Shown here: positions 34,406 to 43,930 of the stretch, piece by piece
How positions within the stretch are numbered: the first letter of the stretch is position 1
Layout: every line of letters begins with the position of its first letter
Assembly (NCBI GenBank): GCA_963708295.1
Contig: CAVPSJ010000005.1
Span: 108,356-172,355, forward strand
Length of the DNA stretch: 64,000 nt
From: an uncultured delta proteobacterium
Lineage (GTDB): Bacteria; Desulfobacterota; BSN033; UBA1163
Reading direction: 5' to 3'
Made by a program: the position numbers and the translations under genes
The notes under the pieces: model-generated
The model's database searches: none
What the model was told of the DNA's origin: nothing
What the model saw: the letters and a program-made list of their open reading frames with translations, nothing else

Positions 34406-35106
34406 GGGGTATCGATGAACATGTAACCGGCTCCCCATACCGTCTTGATTCGCATGGGGGAACGGGGATCCGGTTCCAGTTTAGCTCTTAATTTACTGAT
34501 GTGGACGTCGATGCTCCTATCAAATGCCATAAAGTCTCTTCCCCGGGCAAGGTTCATGAGCTGATCTCGACTGAAGACCACATTAGGATGCCGCATCAGC
34601 ACCTCAAGAATCTTATATTCGGTCGAGGAGAGTTCCAATTCTTTATCTTCGATCAATAGGGTTTGCTTCGCCTTGTTCAGTGTCACACCGCCTGCCTTTA
34701 ACAAGGTGTCTTCCTTTTTTCTGACTTTATCCCTATCCTCGGGAACCGACCTTCTCAATACCGCTTTCATCCTGGCCAGCAACTCCCTTGGATTGAATGG
34801 CTTGGGCAGGTAGTCGTCTGCTCCCAGCTCAAGTCCCACAATGCGGTCCGTCTGGTCTCCTTTGGCGGTCAGCATGATCACGGGTAGGGTATCGTCCATT
34901 CTGATCTCTTTCAGCACCTCCAGCCCGTCCTTTCCTGGCAGCATGATGTCAAGAATGACAATCTCGGGTGATTCCTTCCGTAAGGTTTTCTTGACATCGG
35001 AACCGTCCGCAAGGGTCAGGACCTTGAACCCATTCCCCTCAAGATATTCCTTGAGAAGCTTACGGAGCTTTTCATCGTCATCTATGATTAAAACTTTATT
35101 TCCCAT
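34402..35106 (-). CDS. OmpR/CpxR-family response regulator
   Basis: LDIMLPG, LTAKG, GADDYLPKPF, RSIDVHISKLR, TVWGAGY. Confidence 0.95.
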   Translation of the reverse strand: MGNKVLIIDDDEKLRKLLKEYLEGNGFKVLTLADGSDVKKTLRKESPEIVILDIMLPGKDGLEVLKEIRMDDTLPVIMLTAKGDQTDRIVGLELGADDYLPKPFNPRELLARMKAVLRRSVPEDRDKVRKKEDTLLKAGGVTLNKAKQTLLIEDKELELSSTEYKILEVLMRHPNVVFSRDQLMNLARGRDFMAFDRSIDVHISKLRAKLEPDPRSPMRIKTVWGAGYMFIDTP

Positions 35107-35120
35107 GGATGTCACCTTTT

Positions 35121-35156
35121 TTTACCTCATTTTACGTATTTTTTACATTTTTTTAC
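35121..35156. promoter_or_regulatory. tandem CpxR-type boxes
   Basis: TTTAC at 35121, 35131, 35142 and 35152 (GTAAA-N5-GTAAA twice on the minus strand). Confidence 0.7.
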
Positions 35157-35242
35157 ATATTCAAAAAACATTCTTCACAAGTTTGGATTATCCTCTCATC
35201 AATTAGAGAATGCAACCTAAAACAAAGAAAGGAGAGAAAATC

Positions 35243-35734
35243 ATGGGAAAAAGAAAAAAATATTTCATCGTCGGTAGCATTGTCCTTCTGATCGTGTTGT
35301 TCACGGGGTTTGGACTGGTTGCGGCACGGGGACCTTGCAGGGGTTTTCACAGAGGCTTTCATCCAGGATTTCACCACAAGGATGTTTCGGAGTTCATCCT
35401 CTGGCGGTTGGACAAAGGAGTAGAGGGATTGAACCTTTCGGAGGCTCAGAAAGGAAAATACGAGGAGATGAAGGGGAAACTGGAGGGACGGTTCAAAGAG
35501 CACAGGGATGACAGAAAGAGATGGATGGAGGAGCTTCAAACGGCAATGAAAAAAGAAGGTCCTGATGTAAAGGTTCTATCTGAATCTATCAAGAAACGAA
35601 TCGAACGTTTTTCAGGCTTCATGGAAGGAAATCTGGATCTCTTTGTTGAATTCTACGAAACCCTCGATCAAGAGCAGAAAGAGAAGATAATGGCCACGAT
35701 CCGTAAGAAGATGAAAAGATGCCGGATAGAATGA
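35243..35734 (+). CDS. Spy/CpxP-like exported protein
   Basis: N-terminal hydrophobic segment, LNLSEAQ and LDQEQK motifs; divergent from the regulator. Confidence 0.75.
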   Translation: MGKRKKYFIVGSIVLLIVLFTGFGLVAARGPCRGFHRGFHPGFHHKDVSEFILWRLDKGVEGLNLSEAQKGKYEEMKGKLEGRFKEHRDDRKRWMEELQTAMKKEGPDVKVLSESIKKRIERFSGFMEGNLDLFVEFYETLDQEQKEKIMATIRKKMKRCRIE

Positions 35735-35767
35735 TCTCGAAATTGCACATCTAAATAAAGGAGGGGC

Positions 35768-36481
35768 ATGATGAAAAGCGCAACACGAAGAGAGTTTATG
35801 GTTGGCGGTTCAATGCTGATCGGAGGAGCGATCGGAGGCTTAACCCTGGGGAGCGAATTCTTCTTTCCGCAAAACGTCCAGGCAGCTAAGGTGGAATTTC
35901 CGGAATCAAGCTGTGGTCTTGAAAAGAAAACCGGCAAGAAGGTCCTGGTCGCCTATGCCAGTTATTGTGGAACAACGGGCGGTGTGGCCGAGGCCATTGG
36001 AAAGGTCCTGTGCGACAGGGGCGCCGTTGTGGATGTGCGTCCTGTCAAAAACGTAGGTGACTTAAGTTCATACCAGGCGGCCGTGATAGGTAGCGCCACT
36101 CGCACCGCGTCGTGGTGGCCCGAAGCGATAAGCTTTGTGGCGGGGCACAAAAAAACGTTAAGCCGGATACCTGTCGCCTATTTCTTGACCTGCCTGGCCT
36201 TGGTCAAGGATACCGAAGAAAGCCGCCGAACGGCAAGGAGCTTTATGGAACCGGTGCTGAAGGCCGTACCTGAGGTGAAACCCATTGACATGGGGCTTTT
36301 CCCAGGGGCGCTGGACTACAGCAAGCTTAATCTGATGTACCGCACCGTGATGAAATACAAGATGGGGAAAAAAGGTGTCCGGGAAGGTGATTTCCGAGAC
36401 TGGACCGCAATCCGCACCTGGGCGGAGGGTCTGGGTTCGCCGTTGTTAGCCTTGGGAGGAAAAAGGTATGCTGCCCGATAG
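35768..36481 (+). CDS. flavodoxin-like (HemG-type) protein with Tat signal
   Basis: TRREF Tat motif; YASYCGTTGGVAEAI; GDFRDWTAIRTW. Confidence 0.85.
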   Translation: MMKSATRREFMVGGSMLIGGAIGGLTLGSEFFFPQNVQAAKVEFPESSCGLEKKTGKKVLVAYASYCGTTGGVAEAIGKVLCDRGAVVDVRPVKNVGDLSSYQAAVIGSATRTASWWPEAISFVAGHKKTLSRIPVAYFLTCLALVKDTEESRRTARSFMEPVLKAVPEVKPIDMGLFPGALDYSKLNLMYRTVMKYKMGKKGVREGDFRDWTAIRTWAEGLGSPLLALGGKRYAAR

Positions 36482-37043
36482 AAAAGACAGAAACAATCAT
36501 GTATGCCCTGTTGAAAGAGCAGGCATCCTCGATCATAGAATTCGAAGATGGTTACAAGACCCTCACAAAATACTGAGGCCCTATATTGAAGAAGGGATGA
36601 CAGTCCTGGATATAGGTTGTGGTCCGGGCTTTTTTTCTATTGACATGGCTCAAATGGTGGGTCGATCCGGTCGAGTGATTGCTTCTGATTTGCAGGAAGG
36701 GATGCTTCAGAAACTAAGAGACAAGATTCAAGGAACAGAACTTGAGGAACGGTTCACACTCCATCAGTGCCAAGAGAACAAAGTCGGCGTGTCCGTGAGT
36801 GTGGATTTTGTTTTGGTGTTCTACGTGGTTCACGAAGTACCGAACCCCAAGGAGTTTTTTAAAGAGATCAAATCCATATTAAAATCGAAGGGTCAAGTGC
36901 TCCTCGTGGAACCCCCTTTCCGTGTCTCAAAGAAGGCGTTTGAAGAAACGATCAGAAAAGCCCGGGATGCCGGATTGAAACCCGTTGAAGGGCCGAAAGT
37001 GCTTCTTAGCAAGACAGTGATTTTAAAAAAAGGCAAAGAATAA
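36468..37043 (+). CDS. class I SAM-dependent methyltransferase
   Basis: VLDIGCGPGFF, VVHEVP. Confidence 0.88.
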   Translation: MLPDRKDRNNHVCPVERAGILDHRIRRWLQDPHKILRPYIEEGMTVLDIGCGPGFFSIDMAQMVGRSGRVIASDLQEGMLQKLRDKIQGTELEERFTLHQCQENKVGVSVSVDFVLVFYVVHEVPNPKEFFKEIKSILKSKGQVLLVEPPFRVSKKAFEETIRKARDAGLKPVEGPKVLLSKTVILKKGKE

Positions 37044-37081
37044 AATGCTCCTCGCATCACTCTTGTGTCTAATAGGATTCT

Positions 37082-37158
37082 CAACGCAGAGACGCAAAGG
37101 ACGCAGAGAAGTCGATAGAAAAATCTCCCTCTGCGATCTTGGCGTCTCCGCGGTAAAC
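37082..37158. repeat. ACGCAGAG...CTCTGCG inverted repeat element
   Basis: CAACGCAGAGACGCAAAGGACGCAGAG...CTCTGCGATCTTGGCGTCTCCGCGGT; half copy near 38020. Confidence 0.6.
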
Positions 37159-37169
37159 CTGATTACAGC

Positions 37170-37383
37170 ACAGTGTTTCTTGACCGTGGGAATAGACTAA
37201 GCGACCAAAATCCTTGTCTCCAGTCAATAAAATTCTTTCACCGTGGAGAGCAAGTCCAATAACCTCCGAGTCCTCGGCTCTTGGACTACTCTCTGAAATA
37301 CAAAGGACGTCAAATCCGGCTCTCCTGAGGGCACGGACCACAGCGAAGTCTCAGCTTTCATCAGCGAGGAAACGCATCATCAT
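37170..37383 (-). pseudogene. DUF5615-family PIN-like toxin, internal TGA and truncated
   Basis: MRFLADES*DFAVVRALR...ILLTGDKDFG. Confidence 0.8.
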
Positions 37384-37631
37384 CTCCTGGCTGCTCTTCT
37401 AGGCGGGGGCAAGATGACCGTGTCCTCATGAGCCAATGCATCAGCCGCATATCGGATGGCAGCCTGGATATCTTCTTTGGTGAGCCGGGGATAGGCTTCT
37501 AAAAGCTCTCTTTCTTTCGCACCTTCACTCAGCTTTCTGAGAATAAGTTCAACCGGAATTCGGGTCCCCCGGATGACAGGTTTACCCAGCATCACCTTCG
37601 GATTAATCTCAATTCGGTCAGTAATGGTCAT
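37380..37631 (-). CDS. DUF433-family antitoxin
   Basis: IEINPKVMLGKPVIRGTRIPV...YPRLTKEDIQAAIRYA. Confidence 0.93.
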   Translation of the reverse strand: MTITDRIEINPKVMLGKPVIRGTRIPVELILRKLSEGAKERELLEAYPRLTKEDIQAAIRYAADALAHEDTVILPPPRRAARR

Positions 37632-38309
37632 GACAAACCTCCCCTTTCTCTCCAAGTAACAACGAAAAGGTCCTTCCAGTAAAACTATGATACAAAAGAG
37701 AAAGGGAATTGGCAAGCTTTAAGCGCTCGGCCGGGCACCTTGCCGGCCAGCAAGAGGAGTTGAACCTGTTGACTTAAAGATTAAGCCAGAAATGACTGCC
37801 TTGCTTTGAGCTTTGCCTGCCCGCCGAAGCTTCAGCATAGGCGGGAGCCTTTCAGCTTTGAGCATTCTCCAAATTCCACATTCCGAATTCCGAGCTCCGC
37901 ATTTGAATCCGCCAACTTTTTTGTGGATGACAGCGGAGATTGGTATTTAAAAACTCAGCTTGTGTAGGACCTGACACCCAATTTCTTCTCACGCCCCGAT
38001 TGGATCAGAAGAAGAATCTCTCTCTGCGATCTCCGCGCCTCAGCGGTGAAACCTGGGTTCGAAAACGACGAAGGTTAATCCAAAAAACCAATGAAAGCAG
38101 GGTCGCCCACAAGAGATTCCCCTTAATTTGGAAAGCAGTGGATTTCAGCGAGGCATCTGATAGTTTGATTCACCTAATAACCTCTTGAAAAACTAGAGTT
38201 TGAACGGGACTAACTTTCTTATGGCCGACAGCCATTTTTATTCTCTGTTGATTTTACCTTTTTCCTTTTGGTTTCCCCCTCCAACCTTTATCCTTTTGCC
38301 TTCCCCACA

Positions 38310-38338
38310 TTGACGGCGCCACAGAATAAGCTTATGAT
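38310..38338 (+). promoter_or_regulatory. sigma70-type promoter of the DEAD-box helicase
   Basis: TTGACG-17 nt-TATGAT, followed by a leader of about 130 nt. Confidence 0.65.
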
Positions 38339-38476
38339 ACAGAGCAAGTAATGAAGGTGTGATCAAAAGCCGCGTTAGAGAGTTATTCAGAAGTTCGTCC
38401 AAAACGTTCCCTGTAACACGATAACCTTCGATCATATTTGCTTCAGCTACTAATTCTTCTTCATAAAGAAGGTACT

Positions 38477-39807
38477 ATGAGTTTCAGTTCGTTTAAGCTT
38501 CATCCGAAAATAGCGGCCAATGTCAATGCGCTCGGCTACAAGATCCCAACTCCTATCCAGGTACAGGCGATCCCGCCGGTCCTCGCAGGTAAAGACGTGA
38601 TGGGCCTTGCTCAGACCGGGACGGGCAAAACGGCGGCTTTCGTGCTGCCCATTCTGGAGCGTCTGCTTCCGGGTCCGCGCGGCAAGGTCCGCGCCCTGAT
38701 TATCGCGCCCACACGCGAACTGGCAGAACAGATCCACGTATCGATCGGAGAACTGGGACGCAACACAGACCTGAAGAGCTGCACCATCTACGGCGGCGTG
38801 GGCGTGAACCCGCAGATCCAGAAACTGCGCGCCGGCGTCGATATCGTCGTCGCCTGTCCCGGCCGTCTACTCGATCACCTGAACCAGAAGACGATCAACC
38901 TTGCGAACCTGGAGGTCCTTGTCCTTGACGAGGCGGACCGGATGTTCGACATGGGCTTCCTGCCCGATGTCCGGCGTATCGTCAAACAATTGCCGCTAAA
39001 GCGCCAGACGCTGATGTTCTCTGCCACCATGCCCGATGAGTATCCGAAAACTGACGGACGAAGTGCTGCATGATCCGGTCACGGTAAAGGTCGGCCATAC
39101 GGCTCCGGCAAACACCGTCTCCCATGCCCTCTATCCGGTCGAGCAGCATCTGAAGACCGGACTCCTCATGGAACTCTTGAAGCAGACCGATACGGAATCG
39201 ATCCTGATCTTTACACGCACCAAGCACCGGGCCAAACGCATCGGACAACAGCTTGAGAAGGCAGGGTACAAGGCTGCCTCGCTCCAGGGAAACCTCTCGC
39301 AGAACAAGCGCCAGGATGCCCTTGACGGCTTCCGCAACGGCTCCTACCAGATTCTGGTGGCCACCGATATCGCGGCCCGCGGCATCGATGTCCTGAGCAT
39401 ATCCCACGTCATCAACTATGACATTCCGGATACGACGGATGCCTACACACACCGCATCGGCCGTACCGGCCGCGCCGCAAAGACCGGCGACGCCTTCACC
39501 TTCGTCAGCCCGTGAGGACGAACCCCTGGTCAAGAGCATCGAGCGTGTGCTCGGCGAGAAGATCGAGCGCCGCATACTGAAGGATTTCGATTACAAGAAG
39601 TCGGCGCCGGCACGGGATGCCGAATTTGCGCGCCCGCCGCGCGAGCCGCAACACCGCCGGACACAGCCGAAACCGGCGCAAACCGGCGCCCAGCCCAAGA
39701 CACTCCGTAGACAGCCGTCACGCGGGGCCACTCCCGGAACAAGAACGACAGCGTCGCATTCCCGAAGAAGGCGACGAGACCGGTATACCGTTAGTCGTAA
39801 ACCGTAA
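38477..39807 (+). CDS. DEAD-box RNA helicase (RhlE-like), frameshifted
   Basis: PTPIQ, AQTGTGKT, PTRELA, DEAD, SAT, ARGID, HRIGRTGR. Confidence 0.93.
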
Positions 39808-39849
39808 GTGGCAAAGGGTTATAGGAAGTTTGAGGTTTGAGGAGCGCTT

Positions 39850-40053
39850 CGTCCAGACACCGAGATCCAGGCCTACCCGTTCCTGGGCATAACCGCTGAC
39901 TGCCGTCACCCGAAGGTTAATCCAGGATGTCCCGGATCGAGAGAGAGATTCACCGATCTGGTGTCTGATGGAATAGGAAGAAACAAAGAGGAGTTTTTCT
40001 ATTAAGGGTTTGCTTTTTATGATCTCAGCGAGGCATGTGATAGTTTGATTCAC
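39850..40053 (-). pseudogene. N-terminal gene fragment (possibly AddB/PD-(D/E)XK-type); second decayed copy at about 38060-38173
   Basis: MNQTITCLAEI...EKLLFV.SYSI.HQIGE...WINLR; shared block GATAGTTTGATTCACCTAAT. Confidence 0.45.
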
Positions 40054-40162
40054 CTAATGACCTCTAGCAAGACCAGAGCTTGAGCGGGACCATCTTTTTT
40101 ATGGATAACACCAAATCGCAATATCGCAAGCCTGTCCCCGGAGCCTGCTCCGCCCCTACAGG

Positions 40163-40840
40163 TTAGAACATGCGAACGGCGAGCCAGATGATGTGTCGGC
40201 CTCCCCCTCCGGGACCGCGTGCCCGCACACAGACCTGGGTCACCTCGAAGCCGACCCGGCACAGGCGTTTGGCGAAGGCTCGATCCGGACTGGCCGACCA
40301 TACGGCTAACACGCCCGCAGCCCTCAGTGCCGCATAGGCTGCGTCCAGTCCGGCCCGGGCATATAGCCAGTCGTTGCCCTTCCGGGTCAGACCCGCGGGG
40401 CCATTGTCCACGTCCAGCAAGACGGCGTCGTACGCCTGCTGCTCCGCCAGGAGAATTCGGGCGACATCGGCCTCTCGAACAGCGACTCGGGCATCCTGGA
40501 GGGGATGACCGGCCAGGTCCGCGAGGGGTCCCCGGTTCCACGCCACCACCGCCGGCACCAGTTCGGCAACCACCACCTGCCCATCGGCTCCGAGTCGGTG
40601 TAGCACCGCAGCAGTAGTGTACCCCATTCCCAATCCCCCGATCAGGACCCGGGGACGGGGGCGGTGACCGATTCTGGCGCACGCGAGCTCGGCCAGAGCA
40701 CCCTCAGATCCATGGGCACGACTGTTCATGAGTTCACGACCGTCCACCCGGATCGAGAACTCCCCGCCCCGCTGATACAAACGAAGCTCTTCGCCGCTTT
40801 CGGGCACCTGCGCACTGTCGAGGAGCTCCCAGGGTATCAT
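40163..40840 (-). CDS. spermidine synthase-like SAM-binding protein
   Basis: ELMNSRAHGSE, VLIGGLGMGYT, LLDVDNGP. Confidence 0.85.
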   Translation of the reverse strand: MIPWELLDSAQVPESGEELRLYQRGGEFSIRVDGRELMNSRAHGSEGALAELACARIGHRPRPRVLIGGLGMGYTTAAVLHRLGADGQVVVAELVPAVVAWNRGPLADLAGHPLQDARVAVREADVARILLAEQQAYDAVLLDVDNGPAGLTRKGNDWLYARAGLDAAYAALRAAGVLAVWSASPDRAFAKRLCRVGFEVTQVCVRARGPGGGGRHIIWLAVRMF

Positions 40841-40931
40841 TGTCGTTTCTCCGGAAAATTGATCCTTTTCGACATCAGGGCGACTTCACTCCCCTTCATG
40901 GAGGTCTGTTTTCAGCTTTGCCCAGTCCATA

Positions 40932-41873
40932 CTATTCACTCAATATTCTCTTCAGCTGATTAACCTTCTCTGATAGCTTCGCATTCTCTTTTAATCTCTC
41001 TTCGAGCCTTCGCGTATTCTGACTCACCGCAGAAGGGCCGATCCCCCCGAAATGCCTTCCAATCTCGCCTAAGGACTCCCCGCTCAGACGATGGGAGAGA
41101 TACAGGGCAACCCTTCTCGAATCTTCTGCTCTCCTTCCAAATAGACTCTCTGCTTCTTTCCGTATAGACGACAATTCAGGCCATTTCGAAAGCTGCCGCA
41201 ATGAAGGGATGTCTCGATGATAGGCCCTTTTTCCAACGCAGTTCTCTCTCACCCAATCGACAAATTCTTCAGATCCTAATATCGCCGAGCTGACCACCTG
41301 CTCTAGCAGATCTTTTGTCGCTCTTCCGCTAACCTCCCCTACGAACTTCCGATACCCCTTACGTGCCCTCTTCTCGTTTCTGCTGATTTGACCCAGTATC
41401 CATTCGGTCTTTACCCAATCCCGCCCTTTTCTGTCCGCCGCATAGTCCATATAACTGCTCCAAGGGTACAATCGAGGGTCCTTCACCATATGAGCCCTCA
41501 CAGGATTAAGATGGATGTATCGCGATAACTCCATCGCATAGTGATCCTTATCCACGAGGATCGCCCGATACCTGCCCTGAAAGAGATGGCCTGCTCTCCC
41601 TGTCTTGACATTGAAATAGTTGGTATAACCCGTGTTTAGGTGATGCAATATCTGGCGGAGATTCCCCCTTGGGGTCTCCAGAAGGAGATGGTAATGGTTA
41701 GACATCAAACAAAAGCAGTGGATTTGCGCTCCATATCTCTCTGTTGCGGACTCCAAATAACCGATCATTCTTTCGTAATTCTTCTGAGTTAGAAATATAT
41801 CTCTCCTTTCATTCCCACGGGAGGTAACATGATAGAAAGCTCCCGGATATTCTATCCTCAAAGGCCGTCCCAT
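40932..41873 (-). CDS. RAYT-like HUH/Y1 tyrosine transposase with C-terminal HTH
   Basis: MGRPLRIEYPGAFYHVTSRGN, MSNHYHLL (HUH), GHLFQGRY, RYIHLNP, YPWSS, SLGEIGRHFGG HTH. Confidence 0.93.
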   Translation of the reverse strand: MGRPLRIEYPGAFYHVTSRGNERRDIFLTQKNYERMIGYLESATERYGAQIHCFCLMSNHYHLLLETPRGNLRQILHHLNTGYTNYFNVKTGRAGHLFQGRYRAILVDKDHYAMELSRYIHLNPVRAHMVKDPRLYPWSSYMDYAADRKGRDWVKTEWILGQISRNEKRARKGYRKFVGEVSGRATKDLLEQVVSSAILGSEEFVDWVRENCVGKRAYHRDIPSLRQLSKWPELSSIRKEAESLFGRRAEDSRRVALYLSHRLSGESLGEIGRHFGGIGPSAVSQNTRRLEERLKENAKLSEKVNQLKRILSE

Positions 41874-41933
41874 AACCCAGGACTACCATGATTTAAGATG
41901 GCTTGTCAAGAGTGTAGAGTGTAGACCTGACAC

Positions 41934-42671
41934 CTATGTCTTTTGCCCAACAGTGATCTGTTCTGACTTAATCACCCGATGCTTTTCGTCCAACAGTACG
42001 ACATGAAATTCCTCTTGTTTGGCCTCCCTTGCTAACCTAATAAAATGTTCCTTGCAATATGTCAGGGCATCAGAGGTGTTTCTGAGTTTGTGGCGAGGCA
42101 GTGATTCGGTCGTTCTTTGACTTGCCAACCTCTTACCCAGTTCCAGACCAGAAATAATTTGACAATAAGCAGTTTCACCAATGGCTCTACTAATCTGTTT
42201 CAGTTCCCCTCTCGCTTGGAGAGACAGTTTTTCAAGGTCATTTCCAAATAATGTGGCCAGTCTTTCACCGGCCTGCATTGCAGATTCACCTTGAAGACCA
42301 GATCGAATCAAGATAGCTAGAAGTTCCGAGATTTTGAGTTCTGACGGCCCCAATCGGAGAAGACGTTCTCTGGGGCGATCTATTGATGGGGATCGCTTGA
42401 TTGTGACAGTAAAAACGCGCTTATCAATCCACCTGCCTGCATTGAACTCATCTCTCTTGGCCGACCAAGCATATTGCGATTTTGTTTTTGACCCTGAGTT
42501 GGTTAAATAACCATCCTTTACCAATTCGGAAATTATTCTGCCTATAAATTGAGGTTTCTCGTTCTTTATCGCTTTGTAGATATCGGGCTTATTGAACGAA
42601 TCACTTTCCATCAGGACGTTGACTATTGATTGATATCCTGCAAAGCGTTTTACGTCCGGCTGGGTTTTCAT
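41934..42671 (-). pseudogene. radC: RadC (UPF0758) protein with N-terminal extension, truncated in the JAB domain
   Basis: DRPRERLLRLG, ELLAILIRSG, QEEFHVVLLD; ends at the inverted repeat before the HxH motif. Confidence 0.85.
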
Positions 42672-42753
42672 TTTCTATCCGCGAAAGATTCTTTCATTGT
42701 GGAACGCGATAAATTCAGACCCTGGGCGCAATCGTTTATCTGTACTGCATTAA

Positions 42754-43296
42754 GGGGACGTTGGTTCTGAAACAACTTACGCCCGAAGACCGACCTCGAA
42801 CTCTTGCCCCTATTTTGCCCTTCAGAAATCTCATCCACCCTCGCCCTTCATTGAAGCATAGCGTCTGTGTCCCCCTCAACTGACTGGCAACGAGGGGGAC
42901 GTAGGTTCTAAAACAACTTACGCCTGGAGGCCTTGGTTGAATGTCCCTAATCATTTTTCTTTTTACAAACCTCATCCACCCCCACCCTTCAACTGTTCCG
43001 GAGTCCTCTCTCCCAGCCAAAGCTTGCAGACGTTCTTCCAACCGATGCGACGCCATTTCTTAAAGGCAGCTTTCAACTCGTTCAGATCCTTGGCTTCCTG
43101 AAGATCTTGCTGGGCGGCTTTCAAATCTTCAAGAGATGCAATCGCTGGCATGTCTCAACCTCAAACCAAGGCTGGGCCCAGGGGGACGTTGTTGAATTCT
43201 GTCACTTATTTTTCCTTTCAGAAATCTCATCCGCCATTCACCTTTCATTTAAAGATGGTGTCCCCCTCAACTCACTGGGGCCGAAGACGGAGTGTC
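42754..43296. repeat. GGGGAC/GTCCCC-bounded repeat units
   Basis: GGGGACGTWGGTTCTRAAACAACTTACGCC at 42754 and 42895; GTGTCCCCCTCAACTSACTGG at 42867, 43258 and 44898. Confidence 0.8.
42972..43151 (-). CDS. 59-aa hypothetical microprotein, copy A
   Basis: MPAIASLEDLKAAQQDLQEAKDLNELKAAFKKWRRIGWKNVCKLWLGERTPEQLKGGGG; SD GAGG; paralog at 44662-44841. Confidence 0.8.
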   Translation of the reverse strand: MPAIASLEDLKAAQQDLQEAKDLNELKAAFKKWRRIGWKNVCKLWLGERTPEQLKGGGG

Positions 43297-43491
43297 GCGT
43301 GTCAGCAAACAAGCATAGAGCAAAGAGCATAGAGCATAGGGTAAAAATCTTTTAATCGTTAAACGTACTACGAAAGAACGTGTCCCTGCCTACCGGCCCC
43401 GGTCCCGACCGAGGGCGGGGCAGGCAGGCGTGATTCGTATCCGTGGCTAAATCATCTGAGACCTTACCAGAAAAAATGCCTATTCGCGTTT

Positions 43492-43930
43492 TTATAAAAG
43501 CTCCGGATGGTTTGAGCGAAGCCACTTCTCCACTTCGTCCCTTAGATTTTTAGCCAGGGCAAACATCTCCTTTGCCTCTTGCTCGGATACCGCTCCCGCT
43601 CGTTCGTAGCTCCTAATGTTTCTCTTCTTTCGGAATTTATCTAATTGAGGGATTAGAGCTTGGATCTGCTTTGATCGTGTAAGCAAGCGACTGGATCACC
43701 CGGTAGTGATGGGCGTCCCTCGCAGCCCGATAACCGGCAGCAGCCAGAGCTGCCGTTGCCGCTTGCAAGGCAGCGTTGTAGGCTATATTCAGTTGCCAGT
43801 CCGGACTGAGATGAGGCGTTCGGCATTGGGCCAGGTCACGATCCGCCATGCTTAGCAAGTCAGAAATCTCCTGGCGACTCGTTTGGTGCTCAATGAGCCA
43901 GCGGCTTTTTAGCCAGTCTTGCAAGCTCAC
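43492..43930 (-). CDS. HEPN-like toxin partner (frameshifted)
   Basis: AYNAALQAA..L...GYR...HH...; FRKKRN...Y; overlaps the nucleotidyltransferase gene. Confidence 0.7.

Larger units (their letters stand above)
29659..41937. mobile_element. composite element bounded by perfect 20-bp inverted repeats with Y1 transposase copies at both ends
   Basis: ATAGGTGTCAGGTCTACACT (29659-29678) and AGTGTAGACCTGACACCTAT (41918-41937). Confidence 0.6.

Noticed and set aside
37351-37353. Selenocysteine recoding of TGA in the DUF5615 gene or in psd
   Set aside because: Neither family is a known selenoprotein, no SECIS was verified, the toxin is also truncated, and the assembly is error-prone
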